Positions 10,329 through 20,421 of a DNA stretch of 64,000 nucleotides are shown piece after piece. This DNA comes from Fibrobacteria bacterium (GTDB lineage Bacteria > Fibrobacterota > Fibrobacteria > UBA11236): assembly GCA_043732185.1 (NCBI GenBank), contig JAYTHY010000050.1:4067-68066 (forward strand), written 5' to 3'. The notes below the pieces were generated by a model. The model was not told where the DNA came from and did no database searches. It was given only the letters and a program-made list of their open reading frames with translations. Numbering within the stretch: the first letter of the stretch is position 1; every line of letters starts with the position of its first letter. The translations under genes and the position numbers were made by a program.

Positions 10329-11500
10329 TTCCATTTCTGTCCCGCGCCATACTGAGCCTGGGAATGCTTGTACTTTGGCGTGGTGGGGCTTTAGCAGCGG
10401 ACCGGAATAACTTCGATCGTGAAATAGCCAGGCAGCGCGGGGAACTGGAAGAATTGCGCTCTCGTTTGCTGAAAGAACAACGGGAGCTGGAAACCCTAAA
10501 AGAAAAAAAGGAAAGTACGCTGGGCCGATTGGATAAAATTTCCGCCAACATACAACATGCCGAGCAATATCTATCCGAACTGGATGCCACAGAAGAAACC
10601 TTGGGTCGTTCCCTATCCAAGGTCAAACACGATCTCGAAAAAGTGGAAGGTCGCATCCAGGAGCGCAACGGCATCATATCCCGAAGAGTGCGCACACTTT
10701 TTATCACTGGAGGTCCAGACCGGTTGGTGCTATCTGGCTGGCAATCCGGGCAAGGGGATTTCTTACGCAAAGTGTTTTTCATGAAACGTGTGATCCGCTA
10801 TGACAAATCCCTGGTCAAAGCCAGCCGCGAAGATATGGCGTTAAAAGGAAAAACTGTCGCCAAATTAGACAACCGCATGGCTGAACTCACCACCTTCCGC
10901 ACCCACAAATCTCATGAACGCGAAACCTTCAGTCGTGCCAAAGCCGAACAAGAGAAAAGCCTATCCGCACTGCAAAATGACGAAGCGGCCAAACGAGAAG
11001 CGTTGAAAGAAATGGAGGAAAACGCCACCCTGATCACCGAGATTATCGCAGCCTTAGAAAAACGTCGCCTGCAGGAAATCGCCCGGCATAAAAAAGCCGC
11101 GGAATTGGAGACGGGATCCAAATACTGTCTGCCGGTGGAAGGAGAGGTGATTTCAAAATATGGGCTTCAATACCATGCGACCCTTAAAACCACTACGAAA
11201 AATCTCGGCATTGAAATCCGTGGAAAGTTCGGAAGTTCCGTGCGCGCTGCGGTTAGTGGCGAGGTGGCCATGGTCACTCGCCTTCCCGGTTACGGCATGG
11301 GTGTCATCCTGGATAATGGCTCTGGATTCTTTACCATATACGCCAATCTGGCCGGGATAAAGGTTCGGCCGGGGGATAAGGTCAAAACCTGCCAAGATAT
11401 CGCCACTGTTTCCGTAGAAACTGAGCGGGTGTATTTTGAGGTTCGCAAGGGCACTCGCACTTTGGACCCAGTGGATTGGCTGCGATCCTCAGGGAAGTGA
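10325..11500 (+). CDS. envC: Murein hydrolase activator EnvC-like (coiled coil plus degenerate M23)
   Basis: TTG start overlapping the ftsX stop; signal peptide, long coiled coil, and an M23-like domain (PVEG...NLGIEI...YANL...VYFEVR) lacking the Zn ligands, as in EnvC. Confidence 0.88.
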   Translation: MIPFLSRAILSLGMLVLWRGGALAADRNNFDREIARQRGELEELRSRLLKEQRELETLKEKKESTLGRLDKISANIQHAEQYLSELDATEETLGRSLSKVKHDLEKVEGRIQERNGIISRRVRTLFITGGPDRLVLSGWQSGQGDFLRKVFFMKRVIRYDKSLVKASREDMALKGKTVAKLDNRMAELTTFRTHKSHERETFSRAKAEQEKSLSALQNDEAAKREALKEMEENATLITEIIAALEKRRLQEIARHKKAAELETGSKYCLPVEGEVISKYGLQYHATLKTTTKNLGIEIRGKFGSSVRAAVSGEVAMVTRLPGYGMGVILDNGSGFFTIYANLAGIKVRPGDKVKTCQDIATVSVETERVYFEVRKGTRTLDPVDWLRSSGK

Positions 11501-11544
11501 CCGGCTTCACCTGAATGGGTTTACCGGTTTACTAATTTGGTTCG

Positions 11545-12660
11545 ATGATTCATTTTAGCCGCACCCTGGGATTGGACGAAGCCAAAACGTCCCTGGCCCA
11601 CGCCCTGACCACCAATACCTTCCCGCATGCGTTACTCGTGCACGGACCGGAAGGGGTAGGCCAAAACGCACTGCTGTTGGACCTTGTCGACTTATTGATT
11701 TGCGAAGCTGAAGAGACACGTCCCTGCGGCCGATGTGCCGGATGCCTGGGTCGCAAGCGCAACAACTTGGATAACATCATTTTTATCATGCCATTGGAAA
11801 AAAAAGAAAAGGCTTCCTCGGAAGGAGAAATAGAAGGCAATCAGGTTGAGGAATTGACCCAGAAAGCTAAAGAATTCCACGCCGACCCATATGGATTCGT
11901 TCGCACGGAAAAAAGCCGCATCAACATTGCCCAAATACGCGACCTGAAATCCCGCTTGGCCTTTGCGGAAGTTTCCGGTCGTCCACGTATTGTTGTCCTC
12001 TTATGGGCCGAGACCATGCCGCAAGAGGCCGCCAATGCGTTGCTGAAAACCCTGGAAGAGCCGCCCGCCAACACCTTCTTTCTTCTCTCGTGCGAAGACC
12101 GATCCTCGTTGTTGCCCACCATTGTTTCTCGCTGCACTCAAATTGCCCTCTTGCCTTTTGAACCTGGACCTTTCGCGGCTCTTTGTACCGCGCATGGAAA
12201 GGCCTTAGGCCTCGACACCGCAGCCACTCGCCTATTGCCTTTTGCGGATGGATCAATGGGAATATTGCTTAATCTACACCGTAACGGTGGCGATACCCTA
12301 CTGGAAGAAGCGCGACTTTTCCTCGAGGCGGCCTTGGGCGGTGATTGGCGGAATTTTGCCGATTATCTGGAAAGTTCCGATGCCTTTGCCGATTTGGAGA
12401 CATCGGCAAGCTTGCTGCATTTTCTCCTCCGCTTGTTACGCTTGTACCACCGTTTAAAAACCGAGGAAAACCAAGGAATCGATCCCGAATTGGCCCACTG
12501 CTTCATTCCTTTAGCGACAGGTCCCAGCCTGGATGCCTTGGCCCAACTTGTGGAAGAAATCCTGGCAGCCGTCCAGTCCTATGCCAAACCTAAGGTAGCG
12601 GCCCTGGGACTCTTTCTCGACTTCGAAGCGAAATATGCCCGTAAAGAAACGCCAGCATGA
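11545..12660 (+). CDS. holB: DNA polymerase III subunit delta'
   Basis: HALLVHGPEGVG, Zn motif C..(PCGRCAGC), AANALLKTLEEPP, LLPTIVSRC. Confidence 0.93.
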   Translation: MIHFSRTLGLDEAKTSLAHALTTNTFPHALLVHGPEGVGQNALLLDLVDLLICEAEETRPCGRCAGCLGRKRNNLDNIIFIMPLEKKEKASSEGEIEGNQVEELTQKAKEFHADPYGFVRTEKSRINIAQIRDLKSRLAFAEVSGRPRIVVLLWAETMPQEAANALLKTLEEPPANTFFLLSCEDRSSLLPTIVSRCTQIALLPFEPGPFAALCTAHGKALGLDTAATRLLPFADGSMGILLNLHRNGGDTLLEEARLFLEAALGGDWRNFADYLESSDAFADLETSASLLHFLLRLLRLYHRLKTEENQGIDPELAHCFIPLATGPSLDALAQLVEEILAAVQSYAKPKVAALGLFLDFEAKYARKETPA

Positions 12661-14381
12661 TAAAGCCCCCGACGACGCTGCCCATCATCGTCAAACCCGA
12701 AATCTCCCTTCATCCCAAACGATTGGACTTGGCCGCCGCCATCAACGGTCCTCAATTTGTAGCCGATTTGCTTTTGTCAAGAGGCATTGAGGAAAAGGAA
12801 CTGGCCCGCGATTTTTTTCTGGCCCCGCTCGGCAATTCCCAAGCCGAACCGGACCCCATCCCTATGCTGGGCATGGAAAAAGCCATAGACATTCTGCTTG
12901 AAGCTTTGCTTCGAAGCGAAAAAATAATCGTGCATGGAGATTACGATGTCGACGGGGTAACTGCTACGGCACTGCTCTACCTGGGATTAAAAGCATCCGG
13001 ATTTGAGGTGGACTGGTTCATCCCCAACCGTTTTGAAGAAGGCTATGGCATTTCTTTCGCAAGCGTAGCCAAGATTCATGCACGTGGGGCCCGCTGGATG
13101 ATCTCCGTGGACACGGGGATTTCCGCGAATGCCGAAGTCGCACGCGCCAAGGAATTGGGCCTTGGAGTCATTCTGACCGATCACCATCAAGCCTCGGGTG
13201 AATTGCCCCCGGCTGATACCATCATAAATCCCAATCAACCAGGTTGTCCCTATCCCAATAAGGGGCTCTCAGGGGTTGGCGTAGCTTACAAGTTACTGAA
13301 CGCCTTGTCCCTGCGCATCAAAAATGAAACAGCCGAAAAATATCTGGATTTAGTCGCCCTCGGAAGCCTAGCTGATAATGTTCCCCTGCTGGGTGAAAAC
13401 CGCAGGTTGGTGAAAGCGGGTCTAAAGCAACTCGCGTCGACGCCCAGTCTCGGCGTGCGTGCTCTTTTAGAAAGGGCTGGTCTGGAAAGAGGCCAAGTCA
13501 CTTCTGGAGAGCTGCTGTTCAAAGTCACTCCAATGCTCAATGCCATGGGCCGCATGGGCAGTCCAGAAATCAGCCTCCGATTGCTCCTGGCTGAAAGCGA
13601 AGGCGAGGCCACTCGCTGCTTGGATTTGATGGAGACGGAAAACAAAAAACGACGAAAACTGGATCAGGCCATTACCGTCGAGGCTGTAAGCATGGTAGAG
13701 AACGATCCCAGCCTGCAGGCTTCCGGGTGCTTGGTCGTGGCGTCAGAAAATTGGCACGAGGGTGTCATTGGCATTGTTGCGGCGCGCATGGTGGAACGGT
13801 ACCTGCGACCGTCATTTGTACTGGCCATCGATGCCAAAACGGGTTTGGCCAAAGGCAGCGGCCGCACCATTCCGGGTTTCAATCTGCACAAAGCTTTGGG
13901 AACGGCACAGTCTCTTTTGGAAAAATGGGGCGGGCACTACTATGCATGCGGCTTGACCCTAAAAACTGAAAATATCGATGGCCTACGCAACCTCATGAAC
14001 GCCGCTGCGGCCGAGCATCTGGCCGAAAAAGATTTTACCCCCCGTATCTCGCCAGTGGTGGAAATCGCTTTAGCCGGTTTGAATGAGGAGTGTATGGCGT
14101 GGCTGCGACGCTTTGAACCTTTCGGACCTTTAAACGAAAGCCCATTATTCTATTCGGAAAATGTGGATCTCATGGCTATACCCCGTGTGGTAGGGGAAAA
14201 GCATTTGAAACTTTCTCTCGGTCAATCAGGCATACAATTTGATGCCATCGGTTTCAATCTTGGGTATCTAATGGATTACGTTTTGGATAGATCCAGGTTG
14301 TCCAAGCTGGCATATTATCCAGAATGGAACACCTTTCGTGGTGTTCGAAAAATTCAACTCAGAGTCGTCGCGCTGGAATGA
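12657..14381 (+). CDS. recJ: ssDNA-specific exonuclease RecJ
   Basis: GDYDVDG, PNRFEEGYG, VDTG, TDHH, WHEGVIGIVA, GSGR, EPFG; ATGA overlap with holB. Confidence 0.97.
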   Translation: MIKPPTTLPIIVKPEISLHPKRLDLAAAINGPQFVADLLLSRGIEEKELARDFFLAPLGNSQAEPDPIPMLGMEKAIDILLEALLRSEKIIVHGDYDVDGVTATALLYLGLKASGFEVDWFIPNRFEEGYGISFASVAKIHARGARWMISVDTGISANAEVARAKELGLGVILTDHHQASGELPPADTIINPNQPGCPYPNKGLSGVGVAYKLLNALSLRIKNETAEKYLDLVALGSLADNVPLLGENRRLVKAGLKQLASTPSLGVRALLERAGLERGQVTSGELLFKVTPMLNAMGRMGSPEISLRLLLAESEGEATRCLDLMETENKKRRKLDQAITVEAVSMVENDPSLQASGCLVVASENWHEGVIGIVAARMVERYLRPSFVLAIDAKTGLAKGSGRTIPGFNLHKALGTAQSLLEKWGGHYYACGLTLKTENIDGLRNLMNAAAAEHLAEKDFTPRISPVVEIALAGLNEECMAWLRRFEPFGPLNESPLFYSENVDLMAIPRVVGEKHLKLSLGQSGIQFDAIGFNLGYLMDYVLDRSRLSKLAYYPEWNTFRGVRKIQLRVVALE

Positions 14382-14736
14382 TTTCCGGCTTCCCCACTTT
14401 TTCTAAATCGGAACTGCTGCGTAATTTGCGGTACGACTCGCCCCATTTACTCAGGTGATCGAGCAATGGTTTAAGGGACGCGCCCGTTTCCGATAGACTG
14501 TATTCGACTTTGGGTGGAACAACGGGATACACCTTGCGGGTAACCAGCCCATTTTCTTCCAAATCACGCAGCTCCTGGGTCAGCATTTTCTGACTGATTC
14601 CATTGATCATCCGCTGCAATTCACCAAAACGCTTAACCCCACCCTCTTTCAAATTCCAAAGAATGACAACCTTCCACTTTCCACTGATAATCGAAAGGGC
14701 AGTGGTAACGGGACTTGGTTGGGTTGTTTTTTTCAT
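14359..14736 (-). CDS. HxlR-family winged-helix transcriptional regulator
   Basis: ISGKWKVVIL...RFGELQR...ISQKMLTQELRDLE...YPVVPPKVEYSL. Confidence 0.95.
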   Translation of the reverse strand: MKKTTQPSPVTTALSIISGKWKVVILWNLKEGGVKRFGELQRMINGISQKMLTQELRDLEENGLVTRKVYPVVPPKVEYSLSETGASLKPLLDHLSKWGESYRKLRSSSDLEKVGKPEIIPARRL

Positions 14737-14896
14737 GGTTAACTCACAAAAATATAGTTACTGTAAGATCCAATCCCCCTAGGTTGTCATAAATCCAATA
14801 ACCGAGGAAATGGATTGGATTTTACTTACCTTCTGTTATATGTATGCAGCCGCAGACAGTGATTCTCCAAGCAATGGCGCATGGCATAATCCACCC

Positions 14897-16312
14897 ATGA
14901 CACGTGCCGAATGGCTACGCAAGTTGGCCCATATGGCGGCCTTCTGGCCTGCGCTGTTACTGCCCTACGTAACTCCCGGGCAGGCCATGGGAATTTCCTT
15001 TGGTCTTGTCCTTATGAACGTGATCCTTTTGCCACGCTATGCGCCAAGTCTATACCGTGCGCGAGAAAAGGGCCGCGGTGCATTGGAAATCATCCTTTAT
15101 CCAATTGCAGTGATGGCAACTATCGCTGCCTTCGGATGGTTGCCATCGAACGCGGGAGACATGGTTGGAGAGAGTCTGCCAGGGAAACCTCCATGGTACC
15201 TACCCATCGCGATAGCCTGGTTTGGATTGGCATGTGTGGACGCATGCATCGGACTCGCGTGCAGACTTTTTCCTAATGGACCTACTTTCCCCTGGAACAG
15301 GCGCAAACCCATTCTAGCCGCTGCTATAGGAGCGATTGCGGCTTGTTTTCCTGCGTGGCTTCTGGTCCAATTCACTCTACCCTCAGCATTGAAATTATGG
15401 GGATGGGGATGGCCATGGTTTTTAGGATTGCTCATTTTTTGCGCCCTTGTGGAAACCGTATGGTTTGGCATTGCCGATAATATCGTGATCCCTTTTTCCT
15501 TAAGCGTGGTCATTTCCTTTCTTCCTTCCACTCCATTATTTTTGAGTAGCGGACCCGTTACGTGGGTGGAAATTTCCGGTTTTTGGAATGGACCCGTGTT
15601 TGCAATCTTGCTTTCCGTAGGTTTTGGACTTGCAGCGTATTTCGCCAGGTTACTCACGATGGGTGGTTCAATACTTGGTGGAATACTGGCACTTATTCTG
15701 ATGCATGGCAATCTTTGGCTCATTGCCTTTCTCAGTGGATTTTTCCTTTTAGGGAATCTGGCTACCCGACTGGGAATGGCACGCAAACAGGCTCTAGGGA
15801 TTGCGGAGCCAAGGTTCGGTAAACGTGGGGCAGCGGAGGTTTTCGGTGCCATAGGCGTAGCCGCTTGGATGACACCCCTTGTCCATCTCGTCCATGCGGA
15901 ACCGAGCGATACGCTGCACCACGCACTTCTGGTTTGCATAGCCCCACTCATTGCCAAAACCATGGATACGGTTTCTTCCGAAATTGGCAAAGCCCTGGCA
16001 GGTCGAACATGGTCTGTAAATACCTTTCGCCAAGTAGCGCCAGGAACGGATGGTGCAGTCTCCTTGGGGGGTACATTCTGGGGTCTGCTGGCCGCTAAAG
16101 TACTGGCTTTACCCATACTGGCATTGGGCTGGGGCAATGGTAAAGATGTTGCGGTGCTCATGGGAATTGCAATCCTAGCCAATCTTTTCGAAGCCTATTG
16201 GAAGGGTTGGGCTGGACCAAAGGGCATGGACCAGGGGGCACATACCAACGTGCTGATGACTTTGGTAGCGGCAATTTTGGCTTGGATCTGGTGGTTTGGG
16301 TTGGGAGGATGA
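14897..16312 (+). CDS. DUF92 (TMEM19) membrane protein with N-terminal dolichol/phytol-kinase-like domain
   Basis: EWLRKLAHM...PWN...DNIVIP (CTP-transferase/kinase-like), then DTVSSEIG...PGTDGAVSLGG (DUF92). Start taken at ATG 14897. Confidence 0.8.
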   Translation: MTRAEWLRKLAHMAAFWPALLLPYVTPGQAMGISFGLVLMNVILLPRYAPSLYRAREKGRGALEIILYPIAVMATIAAFGWLPSNAGDMVGESLPGKPPWYLPIAIAWFGLACVDACIGLACRLFPNGPTFPWNRRKPILAAAIGAIAACFPAWLLVQFTLPSALKLWGWGWPWFLGLLIFCALVETVWFGIADNIVIPFSLSVVISFLPSTPLFLSSGPVTWVEISGFWNGPVFAILLSVGFGLAAYFARLLTMGGSILGGILALILMHGNLWLIAFLSGFFLLGNLATRLGMARKQALGIAEPRFGKRGAAEVFGAIGVAAWMTPLVHLVHAEPSDTLHHALLVCIAPLIAKTMDTVSSEIGKALAGRTWSVNTFRQVAPGTDGAVSLGGTFWGLLAAKVLALPILALGWGNGKDVAVLMGIAILANLFEAYWKGWAGPKGMDQGAHTNVLMTLVAAILAWIWWFGLGG

Positions 16313-16432
16313 AAAGGTGGCTTGGGTCAGCCTGACGAATGCAGCATTAAATTCAAAATAAGATTCTGCATAAGCGAAAAGAACTCGATTTTGCTCTCTG
16401 TAGCAGCCCTACCCTTAGGTGGGAAATGGAGT

Positions 16433-17260
16433 TTACCTTAGTAGTTCCAGGGCGAGTGTAACACATTGTTCCCGAATCCGTAGGGATTCTTCTTCATACG
16501 CTGGATCGAGGTGTTGGTTATTCATTCGGAAGGCTGCACATGACAAGGGCCCCTGGGCATTCGCATCGGAAAAATGTTCCTGAAGTGACCTGAGTGCCGA
16601 TGGCATTCCCCGGTTTTCTGAGGCTTTTTCCAATTGGAAATTCTTAATGGCCATGGGAGTGCCATCCAAGTAATTCATGGCTAGGTAGAGAATGTCATGG
16701 ACATCCTTAGGAGCCTTGCGTGCTGTGGGCCCTCCAAATGCATTTAGCTTCAGAACTAATAAAGGGCCGACTTCGGCAACTCGAATGGAATGGGTTGATG
16801 GGGATCCAATCAAAGTTTTCCCAGAAATTGTAAGGGTACGATAGCATTCCAATGCTCGCTTTACTCCTGGAATTACGCCTACAGCTAAGCCTCCGTCAAC
16901 GGTAACCGTACTCGGGCGATACGGATCCGTTTCGGTTAACAAATCTATGAAGAGTTCTATTTTTCCGAAGGCCCGTTTAAAACGCTGACCCGTCCAGATA
17001 AAGCCGTGGCTGGAAAGGGTTTCCCGTATCGTTGAATACTGGCCTCCGGATGCGGCGATATTGATCCCGAAGTCGACATCCAAGGTTACAGGCCCGGGCA
17101 TGCCTTCCTTGGGCGGAATGGTTAAATATCGAATTGCTAATCCGCCAATCAAAACCAGATCGTCCCGGAAGCGCGTGAGACAGTCCCAAGCTGTTAGCAA
17201 GGCTTGCTCCGGCAGTGCAAGGCTATTGGACGGGTATCCCAAAAAGGTATCTGGCTTCAT
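16433..17260 (-). CDS. AbiEii-like nucleotidyltransferase (type IV TA toxin)
   Basis: LVLIGGLA...TLDVDF Pol-beta NTase motif, LKLNAF, KDVHDI; translationally coupled to the upstream antitoxin-like gene. Confidence 0.8.
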   Translation of the reverse strand: MKPDTFLGYPSNSLALPEQALLTAWDCLTRFRDDLVLIGGLAIRYLTIPPKEGMPGPVTLDVDFGINIAASGGQYSTIRETLSSHGFIWTGQRFKRAFGKIELFIDLLTETDPYRPSTVTVDGGLAVGVIPGVKRALECYRTLTISGKTLIGSPSTHSIRVAEVGPLLVLKLNAFGGPTARKAPKDVHDILYLAMNYLDGTPMAIKNFQLEKASENRGMPSALRSLQEHFSDANAQGPLSCAAFRMNNQHLDPAYEEESLRIREQCVTLALELLR

Positions 17261-18294
17261 TTATTAAAGCCTTTCCAATTTCGCAGGGCTTCCGCTTGAT
17301 CCGGACCTCGTTGTCCAACTTGGAGCAGATCCAGGTAGATCTGTATATCCGACACGAGCCGGAATCCATCCGCTTTTCTCGTTTCGAAAAACACACCTTT
17401 ATCCCTAGGAACAATAAGCCAGAAATTTCCACCTGCAAGTACTTTGCGGGCAAAATGAATTTCAGGAATTCGATCTTTACGGATATACGCCGAAACCACC
17501 GGCGGTGTGGTATACGGGAATCGCAAATACCCGGCGAACCATTGAGTGAAAGCCAGGTTCTCTTCGCCCAGCCCATCCTGCACGATTTTTGCGATTTCGG
17601 CAGGATCATTGGTGAGTAAGGAATACTGCTGGACATTAACGCGTTTATTCCAATTGTCGGCGGAACGCCAAGCATCCAGGAGTCTTTCACCATTTTTAAC
17701 AGTATAGAGCTCCTGCCTCTTGGATTTTGGATCAGGTTCTTTTTTCACATAGTCGTTTCGTAAAAGTGCTTTCAATATTCGGGAAACGAGGCCGGGCGAC
17801 GTTTGCGTTTGTTTTACCAATTCTCTCTGGTGCCAGGTTTTTACCCGATGACTAAGCAAGGTCCGAATGATTCGTGATGTTTTCAAGGAAAACAAATCCA
17901 CGTCTTGAGCCGGGCCACGGTACTGCCCATCACGAGGCTCCCGATCCAAGAGCAAATGCGGAGCCTTTATGAACAAGCGCCCGTTCAAATCGGCGTGATT
18001 AATTCCCTTTTTGCGCAAGTCCTTGGCCAATTCAACGGGAATATGCGGTGCCAGGAGCAAAATAGGTTTGTGGTTGGCATTTGTGGAACTATTCAAAACT
18101 TTTCGGGAGGGATACAAATCCACGAGTATGGACAAATGAGCCTTTCCACTTTGGGCCTCCACACGCAATTCAGGTCTATTTCCTGTGGGTGCAGATACCC
18201 GGATGACAAGGCCCTCAAACTCCGGATTTTTGAATAATCCGGCGAAGGTCAGAAGCAACTGTTGAGGATCATTAATCGATTTCATTTTACTCAA
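17257..18294 (-). CDS. AbiEi-like antitoxin / transcriptional regulator (type IV TA)
   Basis: Central wHTH (RIIRTLL...QRELVKQTQTSPGLVSRILKAL) and C-terminal VSDIQIYLDL...RGPDQAEAL, typical of AbiEi_2-like proteins. Confidence 0.8.
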   Translation of the reverse strand: MSKMKSINDPQQLLLTFAGLFKNPEFEGLVIRVSAPTGNRPELRVEAQSGKAHLSILVDLYPSRKVLNSSTNANHKPILLLAPHIPVELAKDLRKKGINHADLNGRLFIKAPHLLLDREPRDGQYRGPAQDVDLFSLKTSRIIRTLLSHRVKTWHQRELVKQTQTSPGLVSRILKALLRNDYVKKEPDPKSKRQELYTVKNGERLLDAWRSADNWNKRVNVQQYSLLTNDPAEIAKIVQDGLGEENLAFTQWFAGYLRFPYTTPPVVSAYIRKDRIPEIHFARKVLAGGNFWLIVPRDKGVFFETRKADGFRLVSDIQIYLDLLQVGQRGPDQAEALRNWKGFNK

Positions 18295-18302
18295 TTATAT
18301 AT

Positions 18303-18320
18303 ATTTACTGTACAGTAAAT
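18303..18320. promoter_or_regulatory. Perfect 18-bp palindrome, candidate AbiEi autoregulatory operator
   Basis: ATTTACTGTACAGTAAAT is its own reverse complement and lies just upstream of the antitoxin start. Confidence 0.7.
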
Positions 18321-18461
18321 CAATTGCTAATAGGCTACCAAATCATTATTTGATGTAGATATAGCCATATTTTAGCATTTAAGACAAAAAGAGGGGCGAA
18401 AGGAGTAGTCAAACCAAGAGGGTTTTGAGTAGAGCAGAGGACAACTTTGGACCTCTATTGC

Positions 18462-19787
18462 CTAATCCCCGTTTACTCTGCCAGCCAACGGCAACTTTTC
18501 CATTTCACGGACCAAATCAAAGATCGCCCTCTCTTGCGACTGTACCTTATTAGAATGGCCGGATTTCCCCCATACCTTCCATGGTGTAGTGCTCTCAGGA
18601 AACAACACCGTGACGCTTATAGAAGTGAAATACATTCCTTCGAGCGAATCTTGAACAATCGACTGAAGGTGAATATCTATATCGAGTGTGCCATCATGGG
18701 CAGGCACGATTCTGAAATAGGGACTGTGCAACGCCGCAATTTCACTTTGAATCCTCGCAGATAAATTCTCAGCAATTCCCAGACCATCGGCTTTAAAAAC
18801 CAGGGACAAATCGATTGGCTGCAACTTCACATCCACATCCAAATGCAAAGCGTATTCACCTGCCAGCCAGCCAAGCGTCCAAGTAGCTGGTTCCAGCTTA
18901 CATTCCAAAAACGGTTTGGAAAGATCCAATTGGCCCGATGTGTTAGTTTCCATCTGACACACGGGTTTCCTTTTGTGGAAGCGCTCCACTGCGTATAAAG
19001 AAATGGGCCCTTTCCATTTCTCCTTTGTACGCGAATCAACCAGATAAACTTGTGCGGAATAATGATTTTTCAATTTGTGATTGCAATCGATGCGGAAAAT
19101 CCAGGGTGACCCTTCAACAACCAATTCAGTGTAGTTGATAATCCGTTGTATTTTACTGGAAATCTCGGCATACTTAGCAGAAATGGACTTGGCGTATCCA
19201 GCTTGAACCGAATGGCTTGTTTCGAACTCCAAATAGGCATGCTGGATTTTGGAATATCGGTCTACAACACTCTGAATAAGCTTTGCTTCCAAATCGGAAT
19301 CCAGCGAGGCATCCTCAGTATTCATCCAAGTCGAGAATACTTTTTCTTTTTCTTCCTCGGTTTTTAAAAATGTGGTTTTATCCAAGGTATACAGGGCCCA
19401 GAACTCGTTTTCGGTTTCGTAAACATCTGCCAATTGGTATCCGGACAACTTGTTTTGACTGGCAGTCGTGATCTGCTGGTGATACGATTCTTCCCAAACC
19501 TGGGACATTTCACTTTGCTTCGAACTGTTTTCTGCTTTCACTTGGATGGAAATTTCTCGACTGATTTGTGCCAGAGCGGCAGCCTGGGCTATTTCCCGAT
19601 ACTCGCCGCCATGACTGCGCTTATCCACATGGCCGATACCGATATACTGATCTGGGTCGTGCGGAAACCGAGTTACCCATGAAGGTGAAAGTTCCGCCGC
19701 CCCGGGAACCGTGACCCATAAAAGTGCGGCCATCAAGTAGACCCATCCCAAGGCGGGACATGCGTACTGCCGACAGCCTGGAATCAC
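18462..19787 (-). CDS. Exported LPP20-domain protein
   Basis: Signal peptide; PSWV...YIGIG...AQAAALAQISREISIQV LPP20-like N-domain followed by a beta-rich C-terminus. Confidence 0.75.
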   Translation of the reverse strand: MIPGCRQYACPALGWVYLMAALLWVTVPGAAELSPSWVTRFPHDPDQYIGIGHVDKRSHGGEYREIAQAAALAQISREISIQVKAENSSKQSEMSQVWEESYHQQITTASQNKLSGYQLADVYETENEFWALYTLDKTTFLKTEEEKEKVFSTWMNTEDASLDSDLEAKLIQSVVDRYSKIQHAYLEFETSHSVQAGYAKSISAKYAEISSKIQRIINYTELVVEGSPWIFRIDCNHKLKNHYSAQVYLVDSRTKEKWKGPISLYAVERFHKRKPVCQMETNTSGQLDLSKPFLECKLEPATWTLGWLAGEYALHLDVDVKLQPIDLSLVFKADGLGIAENLSARIQSEIAALHSPYFRIVPAHDGTLDIDIHLQSIVQDSLEGMYFTSISVTVLFPESTTPWKVWGKSGHSNKVQSQERAIFDLVREMEKLPLAGRVNGD

Positions 19788-20420
19788 TTACATACCCTGA
19801 GTGGTTTGAGCTGATACTGGAGGAGCGGCTTCCTGCCTTTTCCATTCCTGAAAGGCAGCCACTTCGTCATTCAATTCCTTATAGGCTTTACTGGCGCGCC
19901 ACCGGTCGCGATTGGCCTTGTCTGCCTCCAATTCACCCGCCATCGCTTTCATATAGAGGTCGCTGTCCAGAACCATTAAACCATAAACGCGGTATGTCCC
20001 TTCGCTATTCTGTTCGAAACGGGTTTCCTGTAATGTAGAGCCCCGCAGCATTTGATCGGAAATGGTTTTTGCAGCTTGGCTGAAGTGATCGGAAAATTCT
20101 CGGCCCACTTCTTCCTGGAATTTCTTTTGCAGCGACGATGTTTTGGATTCCAAGGCGCGCGAAAGTTTGGCACGCGTTTCCAACTCTGTTTTGTCGATGC
20201 CGGCTTGCAGATTCCTGGATTCGCCGATGGCGACTTCCGCCAAGATGCCTTTCTCCCCTAACTTTTTCTTCTTGGTTTGGAGTTCACCAAAAATGTCGTT
20301 TTTAACAGGTTGGAATTTCGGTTTGTGTGAACAATTGAGCAGAGGCAAGGCGGACAACAGGCTTACGACAAGGGTTAGGGTGTTGGATTTGGTTTTCGGT
20401 TTTATAGGAAATCGATTCAT
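19788..20420 (-). CDS. LPP20-like lipoprotein
   Basis: ATG 20420 after a GGAGA RBS; lipobox LLNC; VAIGES...KTELETRAKLSRAL...LRGSTLQE...YRVYGLMVL. Confidence 0.7.
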   Translation of the reverse strand: MNRFPIKPKTKSNTLTLVVSLLSALPLLNCSHKPKFQPVKNDIFGELQTKKKKLGEKGILAEVAIGESRNLQAGIDKTELETRAKLSRALESKTSSLQKKFQEEVGREFSDHFSQAAKTISDQMLRGSTLQETRFEQNSEGTYRVYGLMVLDSDLYMKAMAGELEADKANRDRWRASKAYKELNDEVAAFQEWKRQEAAPPVSAQTTQGM

Positions 20421-20421
20421 A

